From a virus (taxonomy: Duplodnaviria > Heunggongvirae > Uroviricota > Caudoviricetes): a stretch of DNA of 64,000 bases. Within the stretch, counting starts at the first letter, position 1. Each line of letters opens with the position of its first letter. The DNA lies in the IMG/VR virus record IMGVR_UViG_3300037455_000543, positions 283,136 to 347,135 of that record; one strand, written 5' to 3'. The notes beneath the pieces are model-generated. The model searched no databases. It was not told where the DNA came from and saw only the letters and a program-made list of their open reading frames with translations. Shown here piece after piece: positions 1-9,611 of this stretch. The position numbers and the translations under genes were made by a program.

Positions 1-279
1 GACATACAGGTGAATCATCTCGTGAAGAATCGTATTAACCAGGATCTTCTTGTTATTTAACAACATCGGGTTAATCCAGATGTAATTATGTCCTAGTATT
101 GTGATTGATAATCCGAATGGGTCTGATTCTTTATCCTCTTCCAGATCGAATATTTTCTTCGCATCTTCTTTCTTGTTCACGAAGATTGTACATTTACCAA
201 GTTTCGTTCCCAACTCTTTCTGAAAGAAATCTTTGTTGAAAAAATCATAGACATATTGGCAATACTCTAAGTTAAACAT
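1..279 (-). CDS. SprT-like zincin metalloprotease (3' end outside window)
   Basis: Manual translation MFNLEYCQYVYDFFNKDFF...NTILHEMIHLYV with HExxH; TATAAATA at 303-310 and GGAGG RBS. Confidence 0.65.
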   Translation of the reverse strand, partial: MFNLEYCQYVYDFFNKDFFQKELGTKLGKCTIFVNKKEDAKKIFDLEEDKESDPFGLSITILGHNYIWINPMLLNNKKILVNTILHEMIHLYV

Positions 280-390
280 AGTCCTCCCAGAATCTCATAC
301 ATTATTTATAATGTCGATATTTGAGCCTGTAATAGAAGATACGTAATGTCCTATAAGAAAGATTCAGGAACTTCTTTATCATATTATACC

Positions 391-534
391 TTAGAATTCG
401 ATAACGCCACAGCCGCTGAGTACCATGCATCCTGAGGCCACCAACATGCCAACGCCAGATCCTGCGCAATAGCCACTTGCAATTCTACCGATACCGAACA
501 TTGCGACGATTACAGCTGCACCAATTAAAAACAT
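391..534 (-). CDS. Small membrane protein (47 aa)
   Basis: MFLIGAAVIVAMFGIGRIASGYCAGSGVGMLVASG...; AAGGAG RBS and promoter; resembles the N-terminus of 7713..8186. Confidence 0.6.
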   Translation of the reverse strand: MFLIGAAVIVAMFGIGRIASGYCAGSGVGMLVASGCMVLSGCGVIEF

Positions 535-603
535 TTAAACTCCTTTGGTTATTATTAATATAGGTTTTGTTTTTGGTTTTGTAAATGTCGTAGGATATCT
601 ATC

Positions 604-852
604 CTACATCAGTCTGTATCGCGGATGTTCGTTAATCTTCTTGATGTTTTCTTCGTATTTCTTCGCAGAATAACTCTTTCCATTGAATTCGATGGTATGG
701 TCTTCGTAAACGAATCCACAAACCTTACCGTCGTTACGGACAATCATGTTGATGGGTTTCTTCATACCGAGTCTCTTACGTTGTTCTTCAAAGAATTCAG
801 GAGTGAAGATTTCTACGACACCGTGGTTGGTTTGAACTTTGTTATTTGCCAT
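604..852 (-). CDS. Hypothetical protein
   Basis: GAGGTTAA RBS, early promoter. Confidence 0.75.
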   Translation of the reverse strand: MANNKVQTNHGVVEIFTPEFFEEQRKRLGMKKPINMIVRNDGKVCGFVYEDHTIEFNGKSYSAKKYEENIKKINEHPRYRLM

Positions 853-876
853 GTTTAACCTCTTCGTTATGTTTAT

Positions 877-912
877 AATATAGAAAAATCCAGACTTTTC
901 GTAAGCCTGGAC
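877..912 (-). promoter_or_regulatory. Early promoter fused with terminator hairpin (representative of ~65 early promoters)
   Basis: -35 lies in the TCCAGG...CTGGA hairpin, followed by TTTTT then CTATATT (-10). Confidence 0.8.
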
Positions 913-934
913 ATTAAGGATTTGTCATCACCGT

Positions 935-1159
935 TTACCCGATGAATATCCATTTACCATAAAGGTCGACATGTTCCAATGATTCAAGTTCAATCTTCGT
1001 GTTCTTGGACAACGAATAAGATCCACCGAAGTTGTCGTCGACTTCAATCATCGCATCGCCATGTCCCTGGTCAATCAAAGCTTTGAGCTTGTCGGCCAGT
1101 TCCTGAACGGTCATTATGTGTTTTTTGTTGTTTTCGAGTTTCTCCTGAAGTGATTCCAT
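935..1159 (-). CDS. Hypothetical phage protein (TVxELxxxL family)
   Basis: RBS and promoter; motif shared with 6561..6749 and 29018..29257. Confidence 0.75.
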   Translation of the reverse strand: MESLQEKLENNKKHIMTVQELADKLKALIDQGHGDAMIEVDDNFGGSYSLSKNTKIELESLEHVDLYGKWIFIG

Positions 1160-1229
1160 TGTTTAATCTCCTTTGTTTTACATCTATAATATAGTTAAAT
1201 TCTGAAGATTCGTAAATGATTATCCAAGA

Positions 1230-1436
1230 TTAGAAATTATGAAGACTTCCACGAGCTTTGAGGTCATCAAATAAAGACATCCAGGCTTCATGTTCTCTTT
1301 CACGTTCTTCAATATACTTACGACGTTTTTCGTTTTCAATGTCGTTAATGACTTTGAAAATAAAAACAACAACTCCGATATAGAGAAGCATACAGGAACT
1401 GATGATAAGGGAACATGCTAAAGTAGGTTCATTCAT
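1230..1436 (-). CDS. Single-TM hypothetical protein, leaderless
   Basis: ATG 6 nt after TATATT; hydrophobic N-terminus. Confidence 0.7.
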   Translation of the reverse strand: MNEPTLACSLIISSCMLLYIGVVVFIFKVINDIENEKRRKYIEEREREHEAWMSLFDDLKARGSLHNF

Positions 1437-1533
1437 ATCTATAATATAGTTAAATTCTGAATATTTGTAAATGAGAAATGACCGGAATATTTCATCCGGT
1501 CATCTCTTGGAGGTTAACATAGAAAACCTTTCG

Positions 1534-1851
1534 TTAAACCAGCGACATAACCAGGCTAATTATTACGACACCGACGAATACGTAGCTAAACATTCCAATG
1601 ATGCACACGATAGAGCCCCACAAATCCTTCATGTGATAGGTCTTGTCGAGCAGCCATTCCATGAGCTTCACACCGACCCAGAGGAGCAGGATGAATCCAA
1701 CAATCATAATCACCACATCCATACCAGTGAGAGTGCACACCGTTCCCGGTGTATTGTGGTTGTTCATCATATGAATCATGTTCATTTGGTTAATCATGTT
1801 TGTGGTATTCATGTTATTCATAATGACGAAATGTGTTGTATTCATATTCAT
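1534..1851 (-). CDS. Membrane protein with Met/Asn-rich N-terminus
   Basis: Start moved to the ATG after GAAGAGGTT RBS; two TM segments. Confidence 0.7.
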   Translation of the reverse strand: MNMNTTHFVIMNNMNTTNMINQMNMIHMMNNHNTPGTVCTLTGMDVVIMIVGFILLLWVGVKLMEWLLDKTYHMKDLWGSIVCIIGMFSYVFVGVVIISLVMSLV

Positions 1852-1954
1852 AACCTCTTCGTTATGTTTATAATATAGATAATTCTGGATTTCTTGTAAA
1901 TGGGAAATGACCAAGATATTTCACTCGGTCATTCTAATAAGAAACAGATATCCG

Positions 1955-2245
1955 TTAGAAATTGATTCCTCTTACGAAACCACCACCGAATCCCCATTTT
2001 CCTTTAGACACAGAATATCCCCAACCATAGTGGAAACCCACATTACCATTATTTTCAACATGGATTTTACCGTCAGGACTCTTTTGACATTCAGAATCAA
2101 TTCCAATAAAACATACTGCAATTGTTAATGCAAATATTGCACCAATGAAAAAGTTCACAGATGAATCATTCTTTCGATTGATATAGCACAGAACCAAAAG
2201 GATTGCGAAGATTGCAAAAGAAATTGCTCCGATGTAAAATAACAT
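1955..2245 (-). CDS. Membrane protein
   Basis: AAGGAG RBS before MLFYIG; two TM segments. Confidence 0.7.
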   Translation of the reverse strand: MLFYIGAISFAIFAILLVLCYINRKNDSSVNFFIGAIFALTIAVCFIGIDSECQKSPDGKIHVENNGNVGFHYGWGYSVSKGKWGFGGGFVRGINF

Positions 2246-2255
2246 ATTAATCTCC

Positions 2256-2426
2256 TTAGGATTTATAAGTAAAAGATTCACTTTCCCCGATAGGTTCACC
2301 GTCAAGAACGAGTTGAATCGTCACAGTCTCGTAATTCGGGTCGGAACCATAACCATAACTAGTGTCCGTATCGACACGAATTGACAAATGTTCTTTTAAA
2401 TATGCTTTTAACTGTTCTTCATTCAT
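2256..2426 (-). CDS. Hypothetical protein, leaderless
   Basis: ATG 6 nt after -10. Confidence 0.6.
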   Translation of the reverse strand: MNEEQLKAYLKEHLSIRVDTDTSYGYGSDPNYETVTIQLVLDGEPIGESESFTYKS

Positions 2427-2499
2427 GTTCATAATATAGAAAAAACCAGAGTTTTCGTAAACCCTGGTTATATAATATTCTTGTTCAATCAACGATACG

Positions 2500-2946
2500 T
2501 TATTTAGTTATTTCGAATGCGACCATATATGGTTCTTTGAAATTCATCAGATCTGGACGGAACTTGATTGAAGGATTGTCGAACATTGCATCATAGAGAT
2601 AATCAGCTCTGTTCTTGAACGCAGTACGGACATTGAACTTGAATTCCTTGAAACCCATCTTCTTGAGTGTTTCGGTCATTTCAGGATAAATCCTGTCAGC
2701 CGAGCTGAGATAAGCAGATACGTCAATGACATTCTCATTCGGGTCATAACATTCTGTTGCTATTTCCCTGAAATCATCATCATATTCTTCGCAGATTTCA
2801 TCCCACAAATCATCACCTTCTGGTGTGTTTCTGATTTCATTCCAATGATTGAACTTTTGAAGAAAACCTTGGAGGAGTTCACTACCTTTAGATTCCACGA
2901 TATATCCTTTTTTATTTAAGATTGTTAATGCTTCGTCAAGTTTCAT
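2500..2946 (-). CDS. Late protein, possibly virion-internal
   Basis: TATAAATA upstream; N-terminal LDEALTILNKKGYIVES motif. Confidence 0.7.
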   Translation of the reverse strand: MKLDEALTILNKKGYIVESKGSELLQGFLQKFNHWNEIRNTPEGDDLWDEICEEYDDDFREIATECYDPNENVIDVSAYLSSADRIYPEMTETLKKMGFKEFKFNVRTAFKNRADYLYDAMFDNPSIKFRPDLMNFKEPYMVAFEITK

Positions 2947-3046
2947 AGATTCTCCTATTTTTATTATTTATAAGAGAATCTGGTATTTAATATAGTAAAT
3001 TCTGGGATTTTTGTAAATGGTTTTACGGTAAGAAATTTAACCTCTA

Positions 3047-3274
3047 TTAAAAATTAACCGAAGGTTTATACGACCAGAGTTTGACATCGAGGACATGACA
3101 ATCTCTCGTGACGTCATTCCATTCTCTGTCGACATAACAGAAATGAGGAATATCGCATGCGATGTAGAAATAACCACAGCGAGTCTTTCCGTTCTTCATA
3201 ACGAACATAACGTCGCTCTTATCGGTAGGAAGTTTTTCTTGAGGAGTAAACCATTCAATCGTTGTCGTAATCAT
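3047..3274 (-). CDS. Hypothetical protein (DUF551-like W..P.EKLP motif)
   Basis: EWFTPQEKLP...VKLWSYKP. Confidence 0.6.
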   Translation of the reverse strand: MITTTIEWFTPQEKLPTDKSDVMFVMKNGKTRCGYFYIACDIPHFCYVDREWNDVTRDCHVLDVKLWSYKPSVNF

Positions 3275-3350
3275 ATTAACCTCTTCGTTATGTTTATAAT
3301 ATAGAAAAAACCGGAATTATTGTAAATCCCGGTTTCAACTTATTTTATTC

Positions 3351-3773
3351 TTAGACTCCACGGTCCAGTTCAGGTTTGCATCCTGGTTTCCAGTATTCGA
3401 TTGTTTCATATCCGTCACTGTAATAGTGTTCGGTTTCATATCCCATTTCATGGAAGATTTCTATAGCTTTTTTAACTTCTTCAATCAAACGGAATGAGAT
3501 GATACCGTTGTCGTTACCGGGTTTTAAATAACGTTCAACCTTTTCCTTAACCTGGTCAACCTGTTTTTTAATAAACCGGTCAATGATTTCATTTTCCCAT
3601 TTCTTAATCAGATATTTCTGAATGTCTTCGTAGACTTCATAGTATTTGACATAGTTCGGGTCATCTTCTTCTTTGATTCCCATGTCGTTCAGAATGTTAT
3701 CTGCAACGGAATCAATTGCTTCGTCAACAAGCGAATTGATACGAGTTTCAAAGTTCTTCAAGTCTGTTGCCAT
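3351..3773 (-). CDS. Hypothetical protein
   Basis: RBS and promoter. Confidence 0.75.
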   Translation of the reverse strand: MATDLKNFETRINSLVDEAIDSVADNILNDMGIKEEDDPNYVKYYEVYEDIQKYLIKKWENEIIDRFIKKQVDQVKEKVERYLKPGNDNGIISFRLIEEVKKAIEIFHEMGYETEHYYSDGYETIEYWKPGCKPELDRGV

Positions 3774-3854
3774 ATTGTTAATCTCCTTATGTTTATAATA
3801 TAGTAAAAAACACGGTCATAGTAACCGTGTTTAATTCTGAATTTTTTATTCAAG

Positions 3855-4220
3855 TCAACGGCGGTATCTTCTCGAGTAGGAGATAATTATGCATTTCTGG
3901 AGTTCGGCAAAGAACTGGTTCAAAGCAGTTCTTACCTGTTCTTCCGTTATGTCCTTGAAGTATCTCATCGAAATGTCTGAGCCGATCGGTCCATGTCTGC
4001 GGTCTTCGATACGGTTATTGCTTCCGATGTAAGGATTAAGGCAGAGATAACCGGGTCCTTGTCCGCCAGCAGGAAGCACGTAACGCGTTCCCTTATATTC
4101 AAATAATTCATCAGGATAGGATTCTCTCGGAAGGTAGTAATAATCCTTACCACAGGTAGCGTGTGGACCACGTTTAAAGCCGTAGCTTCTAACTATCTGG
4201 TCATATTGTTCAGACGTCAT
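3855..4220 (-). CDS. Hypothetical protein
   Basis: RBS and promoter. Confidence 0.7.
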   Translation of the reverse strand: MTSEQYDQIVRSYGFKRGPHATCGKDYYYLPRESYPDELFEYKGTRYVLPAGGQGPGYLCLNPYIGSNNRIEDRRHGPIGSDISMRYFKDITEEQVRTALNQFFAELQKCIIISYSRRYRR

Positions 4221-4318
4221 AGATGTATTATAACCTCTTCGTTATGTTTATAATATAGATAATTCTGGATTTTCTGTAAATAGGAAATGACCAGGATATT
4301 TCACCCGGTCATCCCACA

Positions 4319-4334
4319 GGAGGTTAACATGAAA
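4319..4334 (-). promoter_or_regulatory. 3'-UTR anti-RBS/anti-AUG element (UUUCAUGUUAACCUCC)
   Basis: Identical 16-mer also at 6845, 17971 and 21466, always between a stop codon and a terminator. Confidence 0.65.
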
Positions 4335-4347
4335 TTCAGTTTAACGG

Positions 4348-4596
4348 TTAGACAGCAGATTCCAGACACTTGTAACGGACATCATCTTCATTCTCCGAAG
4401 CGAACTCCATTACATAATCCAATGCTTCTTTATCTTCAGATTTGAAGGAGATAACATTGTCATTCTTTTCGAACGAAACCTTTTCAATGTCACCGTCATG
4501 TTCATGATGGATATTAAGACGTTGGAAATCCTCGAGGTCACTGAGACTGTCAAACGCAGCGTCTTCTGTGCAGTAAATAATCTTTCCCTTGAGCAT
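4348..4596 (-). CDS. Hypothetical acidic protein
   Basis: GAGG RBS, operonic with 4606..4890. Confidence 0.7.
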   Translation of the reverse strand: MLKGKIIYCTEDAAFDSLSDLEDFQRLNIHHEHDGDIEKVSFEKNDNVISFKSEDKEALDYVMEFASENEDDVRYKCLESAV

Positions 4597-4605
4597 TCAA
4601 TCCTC

Positions 4606-4890
4606 TTACTTTTCGATTGCTTGGAAGATAAAGTTTCCGACCCAATCCGCTTTCTTACTCCTGCCATTGACCTTGTAGATGAGAGTCACCGAACCAGTGT
4701 CTTCAGAGAAGTAACAAGGACCGGAGTAGTGGAACAGAGTGTCTCCCGTGAACGCATGCATCACCGTCACATCACGGTCGAGTTCGGAAAAGTCGGATTC
4801 GAATTCCTTGTACATCTGCGTGCAGGAGTTACATCCAGTAAAGATGCAGGCCACGAGAATGATGATTGCGAATACGATAAGTTTCTTCAT
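4606..4890 (-). CDS. Putative lipoprotein
   Basis: MKK signal peptide with FTGC lipobox. Confidence 0.75.
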   Translation of the reverse strand: MKKLIVFAIIILVACIFTGCNSCTQMYKEFESDFSELDRDVTVMHAFTGDTLFHYSGPCYFSEDTGSVTLIYKVNGRSKKADWVGNFIFQAIEK

Positions 4891-4991
4891 TTTTTAATCT
4901 CCTTGTTGATTACCTTTATAATATAGTAAAACCGTCTACTAATGTAAACGGTCTCTATTGTAAAAAATGTGTCTGGTTATCGATTCAATAT

Positions 4992-5165
4992 TCAGTTAGT
5001 CATCGTCGCGGTAAGTTCAAGAATCTTGTATTTGTCATCTTTTATACCGTAGGTAGACATCGTATGTTTCACTTCATTCATTGCGTCTTCTTCCGAAGCT
5101 CCGTAAACATTGAATTCTGATTTTCTGTCATACCACTTCACTTTTGCGTTCCAACATTTAATCAT
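4992..5165 (-). CDS. Small hypothetical protein (57 aa)
   Basis: Manual ORF MIKCWNAKVKW...; GAGGTG RBS; TATAAATA at 5185-5192. Confidence 0.6.
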   Translation of the reverse strand: MIKCWNAKVKWYDRKSEFNVYGASEEDAMNEVKHTMSTYGIKDDKYKILELTATMTN

Positions 5166-5192
5166 AAATCACCTCACCATAATATATTTATA

Positions 5193-5540
5193 TCAGAGGT
5201 CGGATAAAATCAGTTCCATGTCGAGTATATCCTTGAATTCATACATATCTACCATTGTCTCTATAAGAAAGTCTTTGGGTTCACCGTTGACCTTTATCGT
5301 AACGTCATATACAGGAAGGAGGATTCCATTCATGATACTTGTATATTGGTCATAATCCACTTTTGGGACGATATACATTGAAAACACTGGTGTTTCCTTA
5401 TCCCCAAGAACATAGGTATGTAGATATGGTTTATTTGTGAATGTGTCCATACCGATAAAACAAGACTTAACAGTTATTTCAGACTCTGCAACGATATGTC
5501 CATCATACATGTCATGTTCTTTATATATTATATTAACCAT
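5193..5540 (-). CDS. Hypothetical protein, leaderless
   Basis: ATG 7 nt after -10. Confidence 0.7.
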   Translation of the reverse strand: MVNIIYKEHDMYDGHIVAESEITVKSCFIGMDTFTNKPYLHTYVLGDKETPVFSMYIVPKVDYDQYTSIMNGILLPVYDVTIKVNGEPKDFLIETMVDMYEFKDILDMELILSDL

Positions 5541-5697
5541 TAAATTAAATATAGAATTATTTTTAAAAACTTTTTCTTTTTAATTTAATTCTGAAAATTT
5601 CGTCCAGTCAATATCCGTAGAGCCAGTTAGCCACTTATTACAGGTAAAAAGAAAGTGGACCGGAGTAGGTCCACAGTCCATGTCTCAGAGACTCAGA

Positions 5698-6096
5698 CTA
5701 GTTGAACATGGTGAAGAGAGAACCAAGGGCGTTCAGTCTTGCACCGAGAAGTCCAATGACTTTGGAAGTTGCAACAGACTTCACATTCTTCATCTTCTGG
5801 TAGACAGTTTCAACCTGTTCGGCAGTCAAGTTGATTTCGAGTTCTTCAGCAGAAGTGATGAAGTCTTCAATCTGGTCAACGACTTCCTTGTCAGTAGTCA
5901 CAGCTTCAAGAACAGTTGCAACCGGAGTTCCAGCGTAAGTTTCCTTCAAGTCGTTCAATGCGTTGAAGACTTTCACAGTAGATTTGATCTGTTCAATCTT
6001 ACCGTTGGAACCGACGTAGTTCTTCACGAGAGTCTGAGCTTCCGGAGAAGTCTGAGAGATGGTGTTGATGAGAGTGAGAAGGATTGTTTTGTTCAT
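5698..6096 (-). CDS. Hypothetical helical protein
   Basis: RBS, promoter, own terminator. Confidence 0.8.
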   Translation of the reverse strand: MNKTILLTLINTISQTSPEAQTLVKNYVGSNGKIEQIKSTVKVFNALNDLKETYAGTPVATVLEAVTTDKEVVDQIEDFITSAEELEINLTAEQVETVYQKMKNVKSVATSKVIGLLGARLNALGSLFTMFN

Positions 6097-6222
6097 AGTT
6101 ATTAACCTCTTGTTGATGTGTATAATATAGTTAATTTTGGGCCTTTTGTAAATGAGGAAGAGAAGATTCTATTTCTAACGCTTCCTGTGCAATGTCCAGT
6201 TTTTTGCGAAGAATCCTCAATA

Positions 6223-6546
6223 TCAACCGTTAGATTTCAAGTAACCATACAGGAACAATAAACCATAGAATACAATACCAATTATGACATACCAAATAAC
6301 GTCTTTGATTACAGGGTCCAATCCCTTTTCTTTGTGAGCTTCTTTTTCTTTTTCGTATTCTTCAATGGTCTTCTGTTTGGGTTTATAACCATCATAGTAA
6401 CTTTCAAGATACTTTGCACCGTCACCATTTGCACAGTCCAGACACATAATTGCATTGGACATTCCACAGATACGTCCAGTCAGATATCCTTCATGCGGTT
6501 GGATTTCTCGACCACAGTAGATACACTTCTTTACTTCTTCAGCCAT
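6223..6546 (-). CDS. Zn-finger protein with C-terminal TM
   Basis: CIYC...CLDC; C-terminal hydrophobic helix. Confidence 0.7.
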   Translation of the reverse strand: MAEEVKKCIYCGREIQPHEGYLTGRICGMSNAIMCLDCANGDGAKYLESYYDGYKPKQKTIEEYEKEKEAHKEKGLDPVIKDVIWYVIIGIVFYGLLFLYGYLKSNG

Positions 6547-6560
6547 ATTAACCTCCTATC

Positions 6561-6749
6561 TTAATAAATGGAAATTTCCTTGTCTTTGCCATCCGTCGCG
6601 ACATTCATTTCACAGAACTTACCAGAGTCTACATTACGAAGAGGCCACTTCTGATATTTCGGAGGAAGTCTCTGTAAGAACTTAATTAAGTCTTCGACAG
6701 TTTCAACATTCATTGCAAATTTCTTTTGTTTGGCACGCATCCAATTCAT
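6561..6749 (-). CDS. Hypothetical protein
   Basis: RBS and promoter. Confidence 0.7.
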   Translation of the reverse strand: MNWMRAKQKKFAMNVETVEDLIKFLQRLPPKYQKWPLRNVDSGKFCEMNVATDGKDKEISIY

Positions 6750-6861
6750 TGTTTAATCTCCTTTGTTTTACATCTATAATATAGTTAAATTCTGAATATC
6801 TGTAAATAAGAAATGACCGGAATATTTCATCCGGTCATCTCGTAGGAGGTTAACATGAAAC

Positions 6862-7674
6862 TTATTTAATCATATCCAGGAACTGTTCAACCGTAATCAT
6901 TTCCGTTCCCTGTTTACGGGCTTTGTTTGCCTTACCCGATGTAGAGTTCAGGTCTTGCATAACTAAGTAAGTCAATCCCTTCTTCACGTCGTCGAAGTTT
7001 TCACCGCCGTTTTCTTTAACCATTTTCTGTAAATCACTTCTCTTGTATTCCATTGCTCCAGTGAAACAGAAACTCTTTCCGGTCAATTTACCTTCAACCT
7101 TTTCTTCTTCGGTGATTTCGACATACTTCAACGTTTCCCGCATGTCTTCAATATTCTTGACAATACCTGAATGAAGTTTTTCCGAAAGGATTTCACCAAT
7201 ACCGTCACAGACGAACCGATAAGGGTTTTCACCGACGAAACCTTCGAGGTTTTCAATCTTCTTGGCAGAAATAATCTTGACAATTTGTTTTTCACCGATA
7301 CCGGAAATATTATAACCAGCAATCAACTTTGCAAGAGTCATTTTCTTATGAGAATTGATTTCCTTCTTAATGTTTTCCCAGTTCTTACCGAGAATCGGAC
7401 TTAACACAGTATCACCCTTCTCCTGATCTTTATAGAGTCCAGATACCGTCATGAACAATCCGTTGTCCTGAATGGTCTGAATAGTCGTAAGACCGAGTTC
7501 CTTAATCTTCTGAACGTCCGTCCACTTCAGGATAGTTCCACTAAGCTTGGAAGGACAACAGTTATTCGTACAGAAGATACGGGTATGGTTTTCATTGATG
7601 TCAAGTTCTGAACCACAAGCAGGACAGACAGTAGGAAGATTCCAGTTATGAAGTTTGATAATGTTCTCAATCAT
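6862..7674 (-). CDS. ligA: NAD-dependent DNA ligase, C-terminal subunit (Zn finger, HhH, BRCT)
   Basis: PTVCPACGS...CTNNCC; ISGIGE and DGIGE HhH motifs; LTGKSFCFTG BRCT. Confidence 0.9.
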   Translation of the reverse strand: MIENIIKLHNWNLPTVCPACGSELDINENHTRIFCTNNCCPSKLSGTILKWTDVQKIKELGLTTIQTIQDNGLFMTVSGLYKDQEKGDTVLSPILGKNWENIKKEINSHKKMTLAKLIAGYNISGIGEKQIVKIISAKKIENLEGFVGENPYRFVCDGIGEILSEKLHSGIVKNIEDMRETLKYVEITEEEKVEGKLTGKSFCFTGAMEYKRSDLQKMVKENGGENFDDVKKGLTYLVMQDLNSTSGKANKARKQGTEMITVEQFLDMIK

Positions 7675-7712
7675 GTTTATAATATAGTAAATTCTGGGTT
7701 TTTTGTAAATGG

Positions 7713-8186
7713 TTATTGTATGATTTCTACTTTGACGCTATCCGATCCATACGCAGTCATTAATGAATCGATATCAAGTTTATGGTTTGATTCAATCTCG
7801 ATGACTTCAAGAGTATCATATTGCGGAACTTCTTCGATGATTTCCTCGATGACTTCTACAGTATCGTACACCGGTTCAATCGGTTTGAATGTTTCCGTAA
7901 CCATGATCGTGTCGTAATCCGATACCTCAACCGTGTCATCCTCATTGATTTCGGGTTCAGTAATTGGATCATTCACGACTTCTTCTACAACTACGGATTC
8001 AACCTGTTGAACAACCTGTGGTTTAGATTCATCGTCAAGAATTGTTCCTGTCATAATCAATACGACGATTATTGCAGAAACCAACATCATTCCGCATCCT
8101 TCGGGAGCTCCATAGTCAGAGAAGACCTTACCCATACCCAATAGGAATACGACGATACAGCAAACAATAATTATTCCTGCAATCAT
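7713..8186 (-). CDS. Membrane protein with acidic repeats
   Basis: Two N-terminal TMs; YDTxEVIE repeats. Confidence 0.75.
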   Translation of the reverse strand: MIAGIIIVCCIVVFLLGMGKVFSDYGAPEGCGMMLVSAIIVVLIMTGTILDDESKPQVVQQVESVVVEEVVNDPITEPEINEDDTVEVSDYDTIMVTETFKPIEPVYDTVEVIEEIIEEVPQYDTLEVIEIESNHKLDIDSLMTAYGSDSVKVEIIQ

Positions 8187-8344
8187 TCTTCTTCCCTGAT
8201 GATGTTGATGGATTCGAGAGTTTCACCGAACATGTCGTAGAGTTTGCTTAATAGTTCTTTCTTATTTTCCGCATGCAACTGTGTGGTATGTGCGAACTTA
8301 GCACCCTTGGTGACTTCGATAACGACTACGATGTAATCTTTCAT
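8183..8344 (-). CDS. Small hypothetical protein (53 aa)
   Basis: Manual ORF MKDYIVVVIEV...; GAGGTTAA RBS and promoter. Confidence 0.65.
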   Translation of the reverse strand: MKDYIVVVIEVTKGAKFAHTTQLHAENKKELLSKLYDMFGETLESINIIREEE

Positions 8345-8432
8345 TGTTTAACCTCTTGTTTATACTATTAATATAGATCTTTTTATCGATGTTGTAAATG
8401 GCCTCGATTGTAAAACCTAATTAACAGTCTCC

Positions 8433-9545
8433 TTATTCGAATACGTAGCCTTCACGAGACTTACCCGAAGTCAAATCCTTAAGAATTCCAGGAATGATTT
8501 CACCGCACTTCGTGATAAGAACCTTGTGTCCAATCTCGATACCCATGTCTTCCATCATGGAAACGTTCACCAGGTTTGCTCTCTGGACAGTCGTACCACA
8601 GAGGTCAACGGGTTCGGTAATCGCAACGGGAGTCAGAGTACCGTTCTTCAGAGACCATTCAATGTCAATGATAGTGGTTTCTGCCAACGTGTATTTCGGT
8701 TTCAGAGCGATGTTGAACTTCGGACGGTAATTGGTTTCGATATCTTCGTAGTCAATGTCCTGTGTCTTCCACACGAGACCGTCGATATCGTAATCACGTT
8801 CTTCCTTCCAGACTTCACCCATGAGTTCGACAGCTTTCTGCCCGTTCATACTCTTGAGGGAGTAAATCTTATACTTAGGAATCTGGAATCCCTGGTCCTT
8901 CAACCAGTCGAGCATGTCGGATTGGTTACGGAACTTATGTTTTCCCTGTTCACGGACATCATACGCTTTGATAGTAAGGTATTCACAACCGATACCGTCA
9001 AGTCTCTTCATCAGACCACTTGCCGCATTACGACAGTTCTTCTTGTCAGGTGCAGCAATCGCTTTCATCGAACGGTGGAGGAGAACTTCACCACGAATCA
9101 CACCAGTGAATTCTTCCTTCAACTTCTTCGGGTAATCCCTCATCTTCAGGACGTTCAAGGTAATCAAATCACCTTCGATACCGTCACCACGAGTGATACC
9201 GTTTTCGATAACACCGTTGTTGTATTCAAGTTCGATAGAACAACCGTCAAGTTTTTCAGTGGTCAACACGAACTCCGAACCATGTTCACGACACTTACCG
9301 AACCATTCGTCCATTTCTTCAGGAGTGTTCGCCTTGTTCTGAGAACCCATGATAATCTTGTGTTTGACCTTCACGAATCCGTCAACGTGGTCGGAACCGA
9401 CTTCATTCAACAGTTCAGAGTCAGGAAATTCATTCTTCAACTTATCCCAGAGCTGGTCGAATTCGACATCCGACATAATCGGTTTATCGTTGTAATAAGC
9501 ATTCTGGGCTTCTTTAATTTTCTGTTCGAGTTCATTCTTATTCAT
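8433..9545 (-). CDS. ligA: NAD-dependent DNA ligase, N-terminal subunit (adenylation and OB domains)
   Basis: YYN..P..SDxEFD, EKLDG, TRGDG, RGEV, RNAASG, DGLV, TPVA motifs; leaderless start at MNKNE. Confidence 0.93.
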   Translation of the reverse strand: MNKNELEQKIKEAQNAYYNDKPIMSDVEFDQLWDKLKNEFPDSELLNEVGSDHVDGFVKVKHKIIMGSQNKANTPEEMDEWFGKCREHGSEFVLTTEKLDGCSIELEYNNGVIENGITRGDGIEGDLITLNVLKMRDYPKKLKEEFTGVIRGEVLLHRSMKAIAAPDKKNCRNAASGLMKRLDGIGCEYLTIKAYDVREQGKHKFRNQSDMLDWLKDQGFQIPKYKIYSLKSMNGQKAVELMGEVWKEERDYDIDGLVWKTQDIDYEDIETNYRPKFNIALKPKYTLAETTIIDIEWSLKNGTLTPVAITEPVDLCGTTVQRANLVNVSMMEDMGIEIGHKVLITKCGEIIPGILKDLTSGKSREGYVFE

Positions 9546-9611
9546 GTCATATAATATAGAAAAAGGACCGACTTTTGTCAATCCTTTTTATAAGAAATTC
9601 AGAATGCCAGT

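Noticed and set aside
7675-8432. Intron or intein interrupting ligA
   Set aside because: The intervening DNA holds ordinary promoter-led genes, and the second half has its own promoter and start
8526-9554. Long plus-strand ORFs (also 27286..28266, 32582..33427, 48687..49409, 50054..50776)
   Set aside because: Antisense shadows of well-supported minus-strand genes, with no RBS, promoter or motifs
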